Shown: positions 48,394 through 58,033 of the stretch, one piece after another | Numbering within the stretch: position 1 is the stretch's first letter | Layout: each line of letters starts with the position of its first letter | Source: Candidatus Microgenomates bacterium | GTDB lineage: Bacteria > Patescibacteriota > Microgenomatia > UBA8517 | Assembly: GCA_049519355.1 (NCBI GenBank) | Contig: JBEKQV010000001.1 | Location: forward strand, 220,491 to 284,490 | DNA: 64,000 nt | Reading direction: 5' to 3' | The notes under the pieces: model-generated | Told to the model about the DNA's origin: nothing | The model's input: only the letters and a program-made list of their open reading frames with translations | Database searches by the model: none | Made by a program: the position numbers and the translations under genes

Positions 48394-51027
48394 TTACCAG
48401 GAAAAACTTGAGAACAAATCCTGGGTCAAGGTTGTATTATAAAGGTAACTGCCGTCCTGGGTCAAGCTAAACCTCGGGTCTGTGTTTGAAGTAACACCAG
48501 GTAGCTTGATATTTAGTGTAACAGGGACGTCCCCAACACCCGCCTGTTTCCGAAGATACAAACCGTATGAGGTTACAGGAGAGTTCGCTTGTAACTGCGA
48601 TTTCCACTCAAAGGCGATGCTTTTTTCGTCGCCTTCCAAAACCGTAACCCAAACACCAATTTCCTTTATACCGTTTTCCTCAGTGACATCCACAGGAAGA
48701 CTCTCCTGGTCTTGACCGGAAATACTTTCAGCGCCAATCGCGGTTGCGTCGTCGGGAACTATAACTCTTATATAGTCTTTGTAGATACCGGATGGACCAA
48801 ATCCCACATTTGCCGTGTTCTTAAGGTTTAACTCCAGGGTTCTGTCGATTTCATAAGAACCTACGTTCACGGAGAGAGTCATGCTTCTCTGAATAAAATA
48901 GTCCGCCTTATTCACCCCGAGATTGGCTTCAACTAACCCCGCCAGGTCGGCGTAGCATGTTTGTCCGCAAGACGGGGTGTTAACAGAGCCGTCCCACCCC
49001 AGTAAATTAAGAGCGTTCTGGGACTCGGTGTCGTGTAAAAATGCTTGCACATGCCGTCCTTCAAGTGCCGTATAAAACACCTGTAAAACCGACATCTTTT
49101 GTTGAGAATCTAATTTACCCAGTTCTCCCAAAAGAGTTTGAGAAAGTCCCGTCAAAAAACTTGCCTTCTGATGTGTTCCCGGAAAGAAATTGTCTTGAAC
49201 TTCGGCCTGTGTTTCTTCATAAAGATTGTCCGTGGAGATATCAAGGTCGTAGTCCGACAGAAAAACTGGACCCGTATATTTTAAGATTTCCTTTATTGGC
49301 TCCAGGTCGATGGCCACCACTCCGTCTACTTGTTTTCCTATCTCTTTATCTAAAAACCATTCCGCCCTTTGCGCTGATGTCGGAAAATCCGGATCCCAGT
49401 TTGAATCCCTCAACCACCAATTGGCCTCTCCAAGATAATTCTTAATAGGTGCGGGTGGTTCAACATGACCATTGAGTTGTCCGTCTGCAGAATATACATC
49501 GTTTACGGTTAAGTCAGATAGTCTGCCGCTGTCGAACGTAAGAAGACCGTACGAACCGATAAAACCACCCGTGGGTCTTAATTCCATATTGTTTTCAAAA
49601 AGCACTAAGTAAGTTTTGCTTTGGTTTTCACCCAGAATCTCCGGAACCCTACTTGCAAGGATCTTTCCCTGGGAAACAAGGTTTTTGTATTTTTCAAAAT
49701 CAACCCGTGATAAAACGTTCTTTGCCAAGACAACGTTTTCGGAAGCCGCTATTTGGGTTGTTTTTTGAAGAAGAAGAATGTTGTCGTAAAGATTTGACAG
49801 GTTAGTCCCCAAACTTAAAGAAACTGCCGTGGGGTCGTAGGCCTGGTCTCCCAACATATTATTAAAAAGCGATGTTGTGTTTCTAACAACAGGAACCGCG
49901 TTTTCGGCGGCTAATGATAAATCTTTGGAAAGACTGGCACCATAATCCGTTTCTTTATAAAGACGTCCGACAACCGGAATATAACTTAAAACCTTACTTT
50001 CTTCACCTCCTGTAACCACAATTGTCTCAGCGATTAAAATTGTATTCCTTGCAACATCGTCTTTGCCGGAAAGAAACTCTTTGTAAGCCACAAACGACAT
50101 GCCGGCAAAAATCGAAAGGGTAAGGAAGGGAAAAATTAAAACTAAAAGTAAAAGCAAAACTGCTGTTTTTATCCTTCTGGAAACCCTCACGTTAAACCTG
50201 TGTACCGGCATCTTTGACCTTTTCAAAATTTTTCCGGAATTAACATATTTGTGCCAATTCTGACTAAGCCACCCATACGTTTCCGATAATGAAAATGCTG
50301 GGTCACGGTTAAGCCGCTGTATCTCAATCCCCCTCGGCAGCACCCGGTTTTCCATAGATTTGTCAATCTTCATGGAAATTTCACCTACAAGTCTCTTATT
50401 CTTTTCAAAGAATGTGGTTTCCGACATATCGGGACCAATTAGAAGAAGTTCTTTGCCGTATGGCCCAAAAGAAAACAACCACTTAATTAACAACCTAACC
50501 GCGTCGGGAGCAAACACAGGATAAAATATCTCTCCGACTCCCAAGGTCAAACTCCTCTTACCAACAATCTCTGAAATACAAGTTGGTAAAAATAAATCAC
50601 TTTGCAGATCTAGTCTGGGTCCAAGCAAATCCCCCACATAAATTACGGCGGAGTTATCATTTATTTTGATTTTGGCGGCATTTTTGACGTCGTAAATTTC
50701 AAATGGAAAAAGAACTAATGTCTTTGCCCTCTGCAAATTTACCGATAAAGAAAATTTTTCGTATTCTTGGTAGGCATTAGCCTTATTCAAAAAACCTCCG
50801 CAAAAAATTGTGTAATCATAAATTTGTTCAGAGTTAAAATTTTTCCGTGAAGTTATCCCAAATCTGTTTTTCACCGGAAGGCGTGAGGTGTTTTCTTCCC
50901 AGCCCTCTGTGTCGTCAGATATAATATTTACCAAACAGTTTTTGGAAAGTAAATTTTCCAAAATATTCAACGCAAAGAAATTGGCATCGGAAAAAAGACA
51001 GATAAATAGTTTACCCTCGGAGTTCAT
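48394..51027 (-). CDS. Large membrane-anchored DUF4012-like protein with an N-terminal cytoplasmic Rossmann-like domain
   Basis: 877 aa. One TM helix (TAVLLLLLVLIFPFLTLSIFAGM), then an extracellular region containing KTYLVLFENNMELRPTGGFIGSYGLLTF and NWWLRDSNWDPDFPTSAQ, which match my recollection of DUF4012 signature motifs. Confidence 0.45.
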   Translation of the reverse strand: MNSEGKLFICLFSDANFFALNILENLLSKNCLVNIISDDTEGWEENTSRLPVKNRFGITSRKNFNSEQIYDYTIFCGGFLNKANAYQEYEKFSLSVNLQRAKTLVLFPFEIYDVKNAAKIKINDNSAVIYVGDLLGPRLDLQSDLFLPTCISEIVGKRSLTLGVGEIFYPVFAPDAVRLLIKWLFSFGPYGKELLLIGPDMSETTFFEKNKRLVGEISMKIDKSMENRVLPRGIEIQRLNRDPAFSLSETYGWLSQNWHKYVNSGKILKRSKMPVHRFNVRVSRRIKTAVLLLLLVLIFPFLTLSIFAGMSFVAYKEFLSGKDDVARNTILIAETIVVTGGEESKVLSYIPVVGRLYKETDYGASLSKDLSLAAENAVPVVRNTTSLFNNMLGDQAYDPTAVSLSLGTNLSNLYDNILLLQKTTQIAASENVVLAKNVLSRVDFEKYKNLVSQGKILASRVPEILGENQSKTYLVLFENNMELRPTGGFIGSYGLLTFDSGRLSDLTVNDVYSADGQLNGHVEPPAPIKNYLGEANWWLRDSNWDPDFPTSAQRAEWFLDKEIGKQVDGVVAIDLEPIKEILKYTGPVFLSDYDLDISTDNLYEETQAEVQDNFFPGTHQKASFLTGLSQTLLGELGKLDSQQKMSVLQVFYTALEGRHVQAFLHDTESQNALNLLGWDGSVNTPSCGQTCYADLAGLVEANLGVNKADYFIQRSMTLSVNVGSYEIDRTLELNLKNTANVGFGPSGIYKDYIRVIVPDDATAIGAESISGQDQESLPVDVTEENGIKEIGVWVTVLEGDEKSIAFEWKSQLQANSPVTSYGLYLRKQAGVGDVPVTLNIKLPGVTSNTDPRFSLTQDGSYLYNTTLTQDLFSSFSW

Positions 51028-51122
51028 ATGGCGTAAATATTCCCCGCAAAAATAAATCTTTCAAATCTCGTCTAAATCCTAACTGCAACGTGAAATTTTC
51101 ACAGAAAAATTCCCGAAACACA

Positions 51123-51545
51123 TTAGTGGTTTTTGTCGAGTTCCTCATTAACCAATGCATCTGCAATTTTATTCTTGCCCCTTAGAACATGATTAAAAAC
51201 AATCTTTCTTTCCAAACTTCTTACTAATCCCATTACTTGAAGATTTAGACCGGCAAGAACTCTATTTTTAATTTTGTATACTCCGGTCAACTGCCTGACA
51301 ACTAACTCCGAGTCCAAAAAGAATGTTATGTCTTGACCTGAAAATTTTTCTTTGTTCTTATTAATCCATTCAAGAGCAAGAATCACTCCCTGGTACTCCG
51401 CAAAATTATTTGTTTTTATACCCAGATGTTTTGAAAGTTTAAAAAGTTCCGTCCCGTTTATTTCGGCGACAAAAGCGCAGGCGGCCGGCCCGGGATTTCC
51501 TCTTGCTCCCCCATCAGTATGAATTAAAAGTTCGCTTTGTTTCAT
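51123..51545 (-). CDS. rnhA: Ribonuclease HI (start taken at MKQSELLIHTDGG)
   Basis: HTDGGARGNPGPAACAFV...NNFAEYQGVILAL is the RNase H DEDD catalytic core pattern. Confidence 0.75.
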   Translation of the reverse strand: MKQSELLIHTDGGARGNPGPAACAFVAEINGTELFKLSKHLGIKTNNFAEYQGVILALEWINKNKEKFSGQDITFFLDSELVVRQLTGVYKIKNRVLAGLNLQVMGLVRSLERKIVFNHVLRGKNKIADALVNEELDKNH

Positions 51546-51565
51546 GGAACCAGTGTACCACAAAA

Positions 51566-52822
51566 TCAACTTTTGGCACTGAAGGAATTACCGGCAAGAA
51601 ACGCCAAAAGAAGGCTGTTTTGCTGAAGCGTTAACCAGTAATGATCAAAAAGCCCCGTGACCATTATAAAAAGGATGGCCAAAAAAAGTCCCGTTCGTTC
51701 ATGAATAAGTGCCCCGTTAATCATTTTGGAAAAAAGAATATACAAAAGCAAAACCCCACCAATTCCGGCTTCGCTCATCGCCAGTAAATAGATGTTATGA
51801 ACCGGTTGTAAAAGCCAAAGGTGAGAATTGGTAACTATTCCTTCCGCCTCGTTTATAACAAATGTATTTAAACCTGTGCCAATAAAAAACCTGCTAGAAA
51901 TTACGTTACCGGAAATCACAGCCAAATCTAAACGCTGACCTATGCTTTGATTAAAGTTGATCTGTAAAGAAAGCAAGTATTTGGAAATACCGGGAAGAAA
52001 CAGACTTAAAACAAAAAACAAAAGAACCAACACCGAAACCATATTCTTCCCTGCCGTCAGTTTGGTCATTATCAAATACAAGACCAAGCAGAAAACCGCT
52101 GCCACAAAAGCAGCAAGTGAAAACGTCAGGATAAGCGCCGCTAAGATAATTAGAAGCCCTATTGTTTTTACGGAAAACACTTTTTTAATATATACGCCGG
52201 ACAACATAAGAGTCCCGACCGCCAAAAAACCCGCCAAAGCATTAGGATGTGGAAGAGTAGAATATGCGCGCAAAAAAATTCTTCCTCCTATACTTATAAG
52301 TGCAATTCCCGGAGTTGAAAGATTAAAACTCCGCTCACCCAGATAATACATTATGCCACCGATTGTTTTACCCTCAAGAAACTGTACGACGCCGATTATC
52401 GAAAAGATTGTTAGGGAGAGAAAAAGAGACGTTTGAGCTGAACCGGACCCAAAAACCTCGCGTCTGACCCAAACGTAAAAAGCAAATAAACCAAACTCGG
52501 TCACTTTCGCCCATTCGTAAAGGGTTGGGAGGGGTGAAATGGAAAAAAAGATATTGGTAGAGGCAAACACAAGAAAAAAACCTATGTAAACCGCGTTCTT
52601 CTTTATCCAGGTCCAAAGCCTACTGCGTGTTTTTATTGCCCAAGGTACAAAAAGCAAAAAAAACAAGACATCCGTGGCGTAAATAGTGGGAGCCAGATAG
52701 TTTACCCTTATTCCGAAAACAAACGCAAACGGCGGCCAAAAATGCAATGCAAGTTGTGTAGGAAGCAAAAAAATCAGAAGGTAATTGAGAAACCTTTCTG
52801 CCTTAATGTAGCGGTCAATCAC
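51566..52822 (-). CDS. O-antigen ligase / Wzy-like polytopic membrane protein (putative)
   Basis: 418 aa with about 11 TM helices and a larger extracytoplasmic loop near the C-terminal third, as in the WaaL/Wzy_C family. Confidence 0.4.
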   Translation of the reverse strand: MIDRYIKAERFLNYLLIFLLPTQLALHFWPPFAFVFGIRVNYLAPTIYATDVLFFLLFVPWAIKTRSRLWTWIKKNAVYIGFFLVFASTNIFFSISPLPTLYEWAKVTEFGLFAFYVWVRREVFGSGSAQTSLFLSLTIFSIIGVVQFLEGKTIGGIMYYLGERSFNLSTPGIALISIGGRIFLRAYSTLPHPNALAGFLAVGTLMLSGVYIKKVFSVKTIGLLIILAALILTFSLAAFVAAVFCLVLYLIMTKLTAGKNMVSVLVLLFFVLSLFLPGISKYLLSLQINFNQSIGQRLDLAVISGNVISSRFFIGTGLNTFVINEAEGIVTNSHLWLLQPVHNIYLLAMSEAGIGGVLLLYILFSKMINGALIHERTGLFLAILFIMVTGLFDHYWLTLQQNSLLLAFLAGNSFSAKS

Positions 52823-53280
52823 TTTTTCAACTTAACTACCAAATATCTATCCTCACCCTCTCCAACCGATTCCGTAGTTAGATCTTTGTCTTCAGAAAGC
52901 GCAAGATGAATAACCCTTCTTTGCCAGGGCTTAAGGTTGTAAAGACTCTGTGGTTCGCCTGTCTCTTTGGCTCTTTGGGCGGTGGAAACGGCCAGACTGT
53001 TTAGATAGTCTTCTTCTTTTTCACGATAGTCCCCCACGTTCACCACTACCCTATTCCATTCATTTGTTTTTTGTTTAAATAAAATTCCCAAAACCGTTTG
53101 TATGCTCGAAAGAGTTTCCCCTTTTTTGCCTATCAGAAGACCTGTTTCATCCCCTGCTTCAATGTCCACAACATACGCTTCATTTTCTTTGTCGTAGGAA
53201 ACTTCAGCCTTTGCCCGACTGGTTGTCAGGCTCAAAAGTTCGTCAACCAGTTCTTGTAAGATTTTTATTTTATTTTTCAT
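52819..53280 (-). CDS. jag: Jag/KhpB-like RNA-binding protein (KH plus R3H domains)
   Basis: LLIGKKGETLSSIQ (KH GxxG loop) and WQRRVIHLAL (R3H). It sits directly downstream of yidC. Confidence 0.75.
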   Translation of the reverse strand: MKNKIKILQELVDELLSLTTSRAKAEVSYDKENEAYVVDIEAGDETGLLIGKKGETLSSIQTVLGILFKQKTNEWNRVVVNVGDYREKEEDYLNSLAVSTAQRAKETGEPQSLYNLKPWQRRVIHLALSEDKDLTTESVGEGEDRYLVVKLKK

Positions 53281-54110
53281 TTATTTCTTGTAAGTTTTGA
53301 TTTTACCAGATTAATAGCTGGCGTCAAACTTCCCCAACCCGACATTGAAACCTGTTGCCAGACGTTTACTACAGAGAAAACCAGCCAGTAAAGCGCAAGT
53401 CCTGACGGGAATCTCAATCCAAAAATGAGAGTCATAAGGGGAAGTGTATAGGTCATCGAACTCTGCATGGCAACCTGCATATCATCAACCCCCGACTTGG
53501 TCTTTTTGGCTAGTTTTTCCTCTTCGGATATGTAAGGTGTTGTAATTTTTACGGATAGAAACTGTGCGAGTGTAGCCAAAAGAAGGAAAAGACCAGGAAG
53601 CGCAAACGGTATTCCGTGAATATTGAACGTGTCCGGCTTACTTATATCCAAATACAAAAACTTTGTGTTTATTGCCTGGCCCTGTGCAAATTTTAACGGT
53701 GCATATAAAAGAGCATTAAGTTTACCTGAGGCTATATCGGCTCCCGATAACGCTGCCGTAAAAACCTGGAAAAGTGCTATCAGCACCACAAACTGCAAAA
53801 GGTAGGGGATACAGCCGGCGGTGGGATTAATTTTGTTCTGTTTATAAAGCTCCGCCTGAGCCTGTGACAGTCTCATTTTGTCTTTCCCAAACTTCTTCCT
53901 TAACTTTGCAAGTTGGGGTTCCATTTCCCTCATCTTCTTCATAGACTGAAGGTATGGCTTGGTCAGGGGCCGTAAAAGAAAAATTAAAGCAAGGCTGAAC
54001 ACAAGTATCGCAACCCCCAAGTTCTGCCCCAAAAATCTATAAAAAAGAACAAGGCCGTTTGTTAACGGCTGTGTCAGAATTATTGTAAAAATGTTTCCGA
54101 TACTTCCCAT
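53277..54110 (-). CDS. yidC: Membrane protein insertase YidC (short Gram-positive type)
   Basis: GVAILVFSLALIFLLRPLTKP...MREMEPQLAKLRKKFGKDK...NPTAGCIPYLLQFVVLIALF is the YidC/Oxa1 core. Confidence 0.85.
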   Translation of the reverse strand: MGSIGNIFTIILTQPLTNGLVLFYRFLGQNLGVAILVFSLALIFLLRPLTKPYLQSMKKMREMEPQLAKLRKKFGKDKMRLSQAQAELYKQNKINPTAGCIPYLLQFVVLIALFQVFTAALSGADIASGKLNALLYAPLKFAQGQAINTKFLYLDISKPDTFNIHGIPFALPGLFLLLATLAQFLSVKITTPYISEEEKLAKKTKSGVDDMQVAMQSSMTYTLPLMTLIFGLRFPSGLALYWLVFSVVNVWQQVSMSGWGSLTPAINLVKSKLTRNK

Positions 54111-54117
54111 TTGATGT

Positions 54118-54348
54118 TTATTTTAGCTCAGGAACAGGATCAAACCCCGAACTACCCCAAGGGTGGCATTTCGCCAATCTTTTAAAACCCAGGGTTAAAC
54201 CCGTAATCACTCCGTATTTACCCAAGGCTGTAATTGTATACTCAGAACAGGTTGGTGTAAACCTGCAAGCCCTGCCAAACATTGTCTCAAGAACCGGGGA
54301 AATAAATTTTTTATACGTTTTTAGCCCTGAAATCAAAAGTTTCTTCAT
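54118..54348 (-). CDS. yidD: Membrane protein insertion efficiency factor YidD
   Basis: CRFTPTCSEYTITALGKYGVITGLTLGFKRLAKCHPWG is the YidD signature. Confidence 0.85.
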   Translation of the reverse strand: MKKLLISGLKTYKKFISPVLETMFGRACRFTPTCSEYTITALGKYGVITGLTLGFKRLAKCHPWGSSGFDPVPELK

Positions 54349-54689
54349 TTTAGTAAACCACTGTCTTTAAGGGCCACGCGGACCTCTTTCATAACTTCGG
54401 ATGTTGGCACTCTTGCTATTGATGTTTTTGCCAAAAAAACAACATCATAACCGTTTTTCAAATCTATACTAGAAATCCTTACGGCCTCACTCATTGCACG
54501 CTTAAATCTGTTTCTGTCGACAGCGTCTTTTGCAATTTTTGTCGAAACAATAAAAGCAAACTTGCTGGGGGCTTCGTCATTCCTTGAGAAGCGCGCAATT
54601 CCAAAATTTGCGGATTGGTAAACCTTTCCGGCTTTCTGCACGCGATCAAAGTTCTTTACACCGGTAAGTTTAAATTTCTTTGCAAGCAT
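54345..54689 (-). CDS. rnpA: Ribonuclease P protein component
   Basis: 114 aa and basic. The RNR-like motif reads RNRFKRAMSEAVR. It sits between rpmH and yidD. Confidence 0.8.
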   Translation of the reverse strand: MLAKKFKLTGVKNFDRVQKAGKVYQSANFGIARFSRNDEAPSKFAFIVSTKIAKDAVDRNRFKRAMSEAVRISSIDLKNGYDVVFLAKTSIARVPTSEVMKEVRVALKDSGLLK

Positions 54690-54700
54690 AAATCAGGAGG

Positions 54701-54841
54701 CTAGACCGAAAGATGTTTTCTTCCTTTTTCTCTCCTTCTTTTCAAAACCCTTCTTCCGTCCTTTGACTGCATCCTCTTTCTAAAGCCGTGAACCCTTGCT
54801 CTTTTTATTTTACTGGGTTGATAAGTTCGTTTAGTACTCAT
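54701..54841 (-). CDS. rpmH: 50S ribosomal protein L34
   Basis: A 46-aa ORF found by manual translation (too short for the ORF track): [46 protein letters not shown]. This matches the L34 consensus [10 protein letters not shown]...HGFR.RM.T..GR.VL..RR.KGRK.L. Confidence 0.85.
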   Translation of the reverse strand: MSTKRTYQPSKIKRARVHGFRKRMQSKDGRRVLKRRREKGRKHLSV

Positions 54842-54899
54842 ACGGCTGTAATTATAACAGAACTAATAGCTATACCGCAATAATTGGCCCTTGACTGAT

Positions 54900-54908
54900 T
54901 GTGGATAA
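54900..54908 (-). promoter_or_regulatory. Perfect DnaA box (TTATCCACA, on the minus strand) in the rpmH-dnaA intergenic region
   Basis: The plus strand reads TGTGGATAA, 12 nt upstream of the dnaA ORF start. Confidence 0.55.
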
Positions 54909-54919
54909 CTTTGTAAATA

Positions 54920-56287
54920 GTGCAATACATGGACAACACTCAGGCGTGGAAAGATTCTCTGGAGATTATTAAGGTTTCTGTTTCTCCGGCTATTTTTTCA
55001 ACCTGGTTTTCCCAAACCCATCTTGCCTCGGTTACCGATGCGGGGGAGAGGGTGGTCGCCGAAGTGGGTTGCCCGACCTCCTTTGCCAAGAACACTATTG
55101 AGACAAGGTATTTCGGTCTTGTACAGGATTCTCTATCCAAAGTTCTGGGGAAAAACTGTGACTTAACTTTTATAGTTAAAGGAAACCCTGCAAAACTTGT
55201 GTCCAATCAAGACTCCGCAGCTCCTCTTTTCTCACCGGAAAAAGACGGTGACATGCTTGAGGTCTTACAAAGAGCTCGGCTTAGACCAAGTTTTACATTT
55301 GAAAACTTTGCAGTTTCTTCCTCGAACCAAATGGCCCATGCGGCAGCCGAAGCTGTATCGCAAAGTTTGGGTGACGCTTATAATCCTTTATTTATTTGGG
55401 GTGGGGTGGGGGTCGGAAAAACCCACCTTATGGTTTCTGTCGGTAACTACATTCTCAGAAACAATTCATCAAAGAAGGTCTTTTTTTGTACGGGTGAGGA
55501 TTTTACAAACGACATCGTCGAGGGAATAAGAAACAAAACCACGCAAGCGTTCAGGAATAAGTACAGAAAACTTGATTTGCTTCTAATCGACGATATTCAA
55601 TTTATTGCCGGCAAGGACACTGTCCAGGAAGAATTTTTCCACACATTTAATGCCGTAACCTCAGTCGGCGGACAAATAATCCTAACTTCCGATAGGCCCC
55701 CTTCAGAAATCTCAAAACTTGAGGAGAGACTCAGGAGCCGTTTTGAAGCGGGTTTAATTGTTGATGTAGCTCCGCCGGATTTTGAGCTGCGGTGTGCAAT
55801 AACTCAAATTAAAGCAAAAGAAAAAGGAATCGACCTAACTTCCGAGCAGGCCCAAATGATTGCGGCAAATTCCGAGTCGGCCAGAAAAATTGAAGGTCTT
55901 CTTACCAAACTCTTAACCGAGATCCATGTTAAAAAGGTTCCGATAACAAACGATCTTATTGAATCTTCCTTTGCAAAGAATTTGGAAAACGGGACAAGAA
56001 TCACAAAAAGCACACCCGACGAAGTTACGGAGGTTGTTTCCAAATATTACCAGGTAGGAAAAAGGCTTCTTCTGGGGGAAAGCCGAGCCCGCCCGATTGC
56101 CAGACCCCGACAAGTTCTTATGTATCTCCTTAGAACCCATCTTGGAATTCCGTTGGAAGAAGTGGGAAGGGTAGTGGGGGGGAGAGATCACACTACTGTT
56201 ATGCACGCTGTGGAAAAGATTACAGATTTGGCCATGCGCGATGTGCAAATCCGTGAGGATATTTTGAGGATAAAACAAAGCATTTGA
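54920..56287 (+). CDS. dnaA: Chromosomal replication initiator protein DnaA
   Basis: The AAA+ Walker A is NPLFIWGGVGVGKTHL and the Walker B is LLLIDDIQF. The C-terminal DnaA-box-binding HTH reads LGIPLEEVGRVVGGRDHTTVMHA. Confidence 0.9.
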   Translation: MQYMDNTQAWKDSLEIIKVSVSPAIFSTWFSQTHLASVTDAGERVVAEVGCPTSFAKNTIETRYFGLVQDSLSKVLGKNCDLTFIVKGNPAKLVSNQDSAAPLFSPEKDGDMLEVLQRARLRPSFTFENFAVSSSNQMAHAAAEAVSQSLGDAYNPLFIWGGVGVGKTHLMVSVGNYILRNNSSKKVFFCTGEDFTNDIVEGIRNKTTQAFRNKYRKLDLLLIDDIQFIAGKDTVQEEFFHTFNAVTSVGGQIILTSDRPPSEISKLEERLRSRFEAGLIVDVAPPDFELRCAITQIKAKEKGIDLTSEQAQMIAANSESARKIEGLLTKLLTEIHVKKVPITNDLIESSFAKNLENGTRITKSTPDEVTEVVSKYYQVGKRLLLGESRARPIARPRQVLMYLLRTHLGIPLEEVGRVVGGRDHTTVMHAVEKITDLAMRDVQIREDILRIKQSI

Positions 56288-56485
56288 GGACAAGTTTCGC
56301 AAATCAGTATTTATCAACAACCGCTTGAATGTTATCCACAAAATTATTCACATTTATTCACGCTCGTTATGAACACGAAGATGTCCCGAAACCCAAGTTT
56401 AATTTACAATTGTTTTCAACTTATCAACACCGCCTACTACTAGAACTACTAGTTAATATATGATAAGAAGAGAAAGATAAAATCA
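56288..56485 (+). promoter_or_regulatory. Putative oriC: a DnaA-box cluster plus an AT-rich unwinding region in the dnaA-dnaN intergenic space
   Basis: TTATCCACA lies at 56332-56340. TTATCAACA lies at 56311-56319 and at 56421-56429. TTATTCACA lies at 56344-56352 and TTATTCACG at 56354-56362. An AT-rich stretch (ttaatatatgataagaagagaaagataaaatca) precedes dnaN. Confidence 0.6.
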
Positions 56486-57601
56486 ATGAAATTACAAATA
56501 CTTCAGGAGAATTTGGAAAAGGCCGTAAGCATAACATCCCGCTTTGCCAGTGTAAAAGCACAACTTCCCATTTTGGGGAACATTCTTCTTTCAACACAAA
56601 AAAGTAAAATCTACATTTCCTCAACCAATTTGGAGATTTCAGCGTCGGTTCAAGTTGGAGCAAAAATAGACGAGGAAGGAGAAATAAGTATTCCTTCAAA
56701 AGTTATTTCTGAGCTGGTCGCGAACTTGCCCAAAGAGACCATATCTCTAACAGCAGAAAAGGAACAACTGAAAATTTCCGCTTCAGGTTTTTCATCGACC
56801 ATTCTGGGAATGAACTCGTCGGATTTTCCGAAAGTGATCAACTCATTAAGTAAAGAAAAGGCAATAGTTTTTTCTCAGGAAGAGTTGTCTAAGGCTTTGG
56901 GACAGGTTGTTTTTGCCACATCGACCGACGAAACTAGGCCGATTTTGACCGGGGTTCTTTTTTTGTTTGGAAAAAATTCGATATCGCTTGTGGCAACCGA
57001 CGGTTTCAGACTTTCGCGCAAGACGTTTTTGGTTAAAGAGGTTAAAGGAAGTGAAAATAGTGTAGTTATTCCGAAGGGTGTTTTGGGTGAGCTTTTAAGA
57101 ACGGTTTCGGAAAACGGAGAGATTCTTTTCGGGTTACAGGAGAAAGAAAAACAAGTTGTATTCAGTCTTGGAGATGTTGTGTTAACCTCAAGGCTTTTGG
57201 AAGGGGAGTATCCTGATTTTGAGAAAATCATTCCTAAGTCTTCCAACATAAAAATTCTTTTAGATAAAGAGGAATTAACAAGAGCGGTTAAACTCGCCTC
57301 TATTTTTGCAAGAGAATCTGCAAACATAGTTAAATTACAAATACTAAAAGACGAAATTAAAGTTTCCGCCGAAAGTTCCTCTGCAGGAAGTCAGGAGACG
57401 AGCGTTGAGGCAAAGATAGAATCCTCACAAAAAGATTTTGAGATAGCCTTTAATTACAGATTTTTAGAAGACTTTTTGCATTCCGTTCAAGGAGAAGAAG
57501 TAAAAATGGAATTTTCTGGGGTTTCTTCTGCTGGAGTGTTTACGGACACCTCTGACAATTCTTATCTTCATTTAATAATGCCGGTAAAAGTTCAAAGCTG
57601 A
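56486..57601 (+). CDS. dnaN: DNA polymerase III beta subunit (sliding clamp)
   Basis: 371 aa. It begins MKLQILQENLEKAVSITSRF and shows a three-domain clamp pattern. It sits immediately downstream of dnaA. Confidence 0.9.
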   Translation: MKLQILQENLEKAVSITSRFASVKAQLPILGNILLSTQKSKIYISSTNLEISASVQVGAKIDEEGEISIPSKVISELVANLPKETISLTAEKEQLKISASGFSSTILGMNSSDFPKVINSLSKEKAIVFSQEELSKALGQVVFATSTDETRPILTGVLFLFGKNSISLVATDGFRLSRKTFLVKEVKGSENSVVIPKGVLGELLRTVSENGEILFGLQEKEKQVVFSLGDVVLTSRLLEGEYPDFEKIIPKSSNIKILLDKEELTRAVKLASIFARESANIVKLQILKDEIKVSAESSSAGSQETSVEAKIESSQKDFEIAFNYRFLEDFLHSVQGEEVKMEFSGVSSAGVFTDTSDNSYLHLIMPVKVQS

Positions 57602-58014
57602 TTTCCGTTTAAATCAACCACATAATATTTGACGGGTGCCGGAACGCCAATTGCTTGCAAATCGAAAACGGCACCGGCAACAATACTTTTTTCCTGGGTG
57701 GCTGTCGCAGGAACTTTTAACCGGATTCTGAAAGACTGAGTGTTAAAATCGTAGACGGCTTCGTAGTTTGTTGTTTCCAGAGGAAGTTTTGAATACCATG
57801 GGTATTGTGTATTAAGAATCGTTAGAGCCTGACCATACTTGAGATCGTCAGGTAGCGCCGTACTGGTAACCAGGGGTGGAGTTGTTTCTGGAGTGGGGGA
57901 TGGTGTTAGAGAAGCGACCGGCTTCGGTGTGGGGTGTTGCAAGACAACAACCACAAGAATGATGATACAAATTAATGAAACAGCACCGAGCACAATTATA
58001 AGTTTTTTCTTCAT
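57592..58014 (-). CDS. Small signal-anchored secreted protein (hypothetical), last gene of the T4SS-like operon (start taken at MKKKLIIV)
   Basis: An N-terminal TM/signal (LIIVLGAVSLICIIILVVVVL) then a PT-rich linker and a roughly 90-aa beta-rich domain. It overlaps the 3' end of dnaN convergently. Confidence 0.4.
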   Translation of the reverse strand: MKKKLIIVLGAVSLICIIILVVVVLQHPTPKPVASLTPSPTPETTPPLVTSTALPDDLKYGQALTILNTQYPWYSKLPLETTNYEAVYDFNTQSFRIRLKVPATATQEKSIVAGAVFDLQAIGVPAPVKYYVVDLNGNQL

Positions 58015-58033
58015 ATTTAATTCTACTCCCCCC

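Noticed and set aside
49041-49445. 134-aa plus-strand ORF
   Set aside because: Antisense within the 877-aa DUF4012-like gene.
51090-51102. Palindrome GTGAAATTTTCAC between rnhA and the DUF4012 gene
   Set aside because: A short 5-bp stem with no flanking U-tract on the transcribed strand. It could be a protein-binding site but there is nothing to support that.
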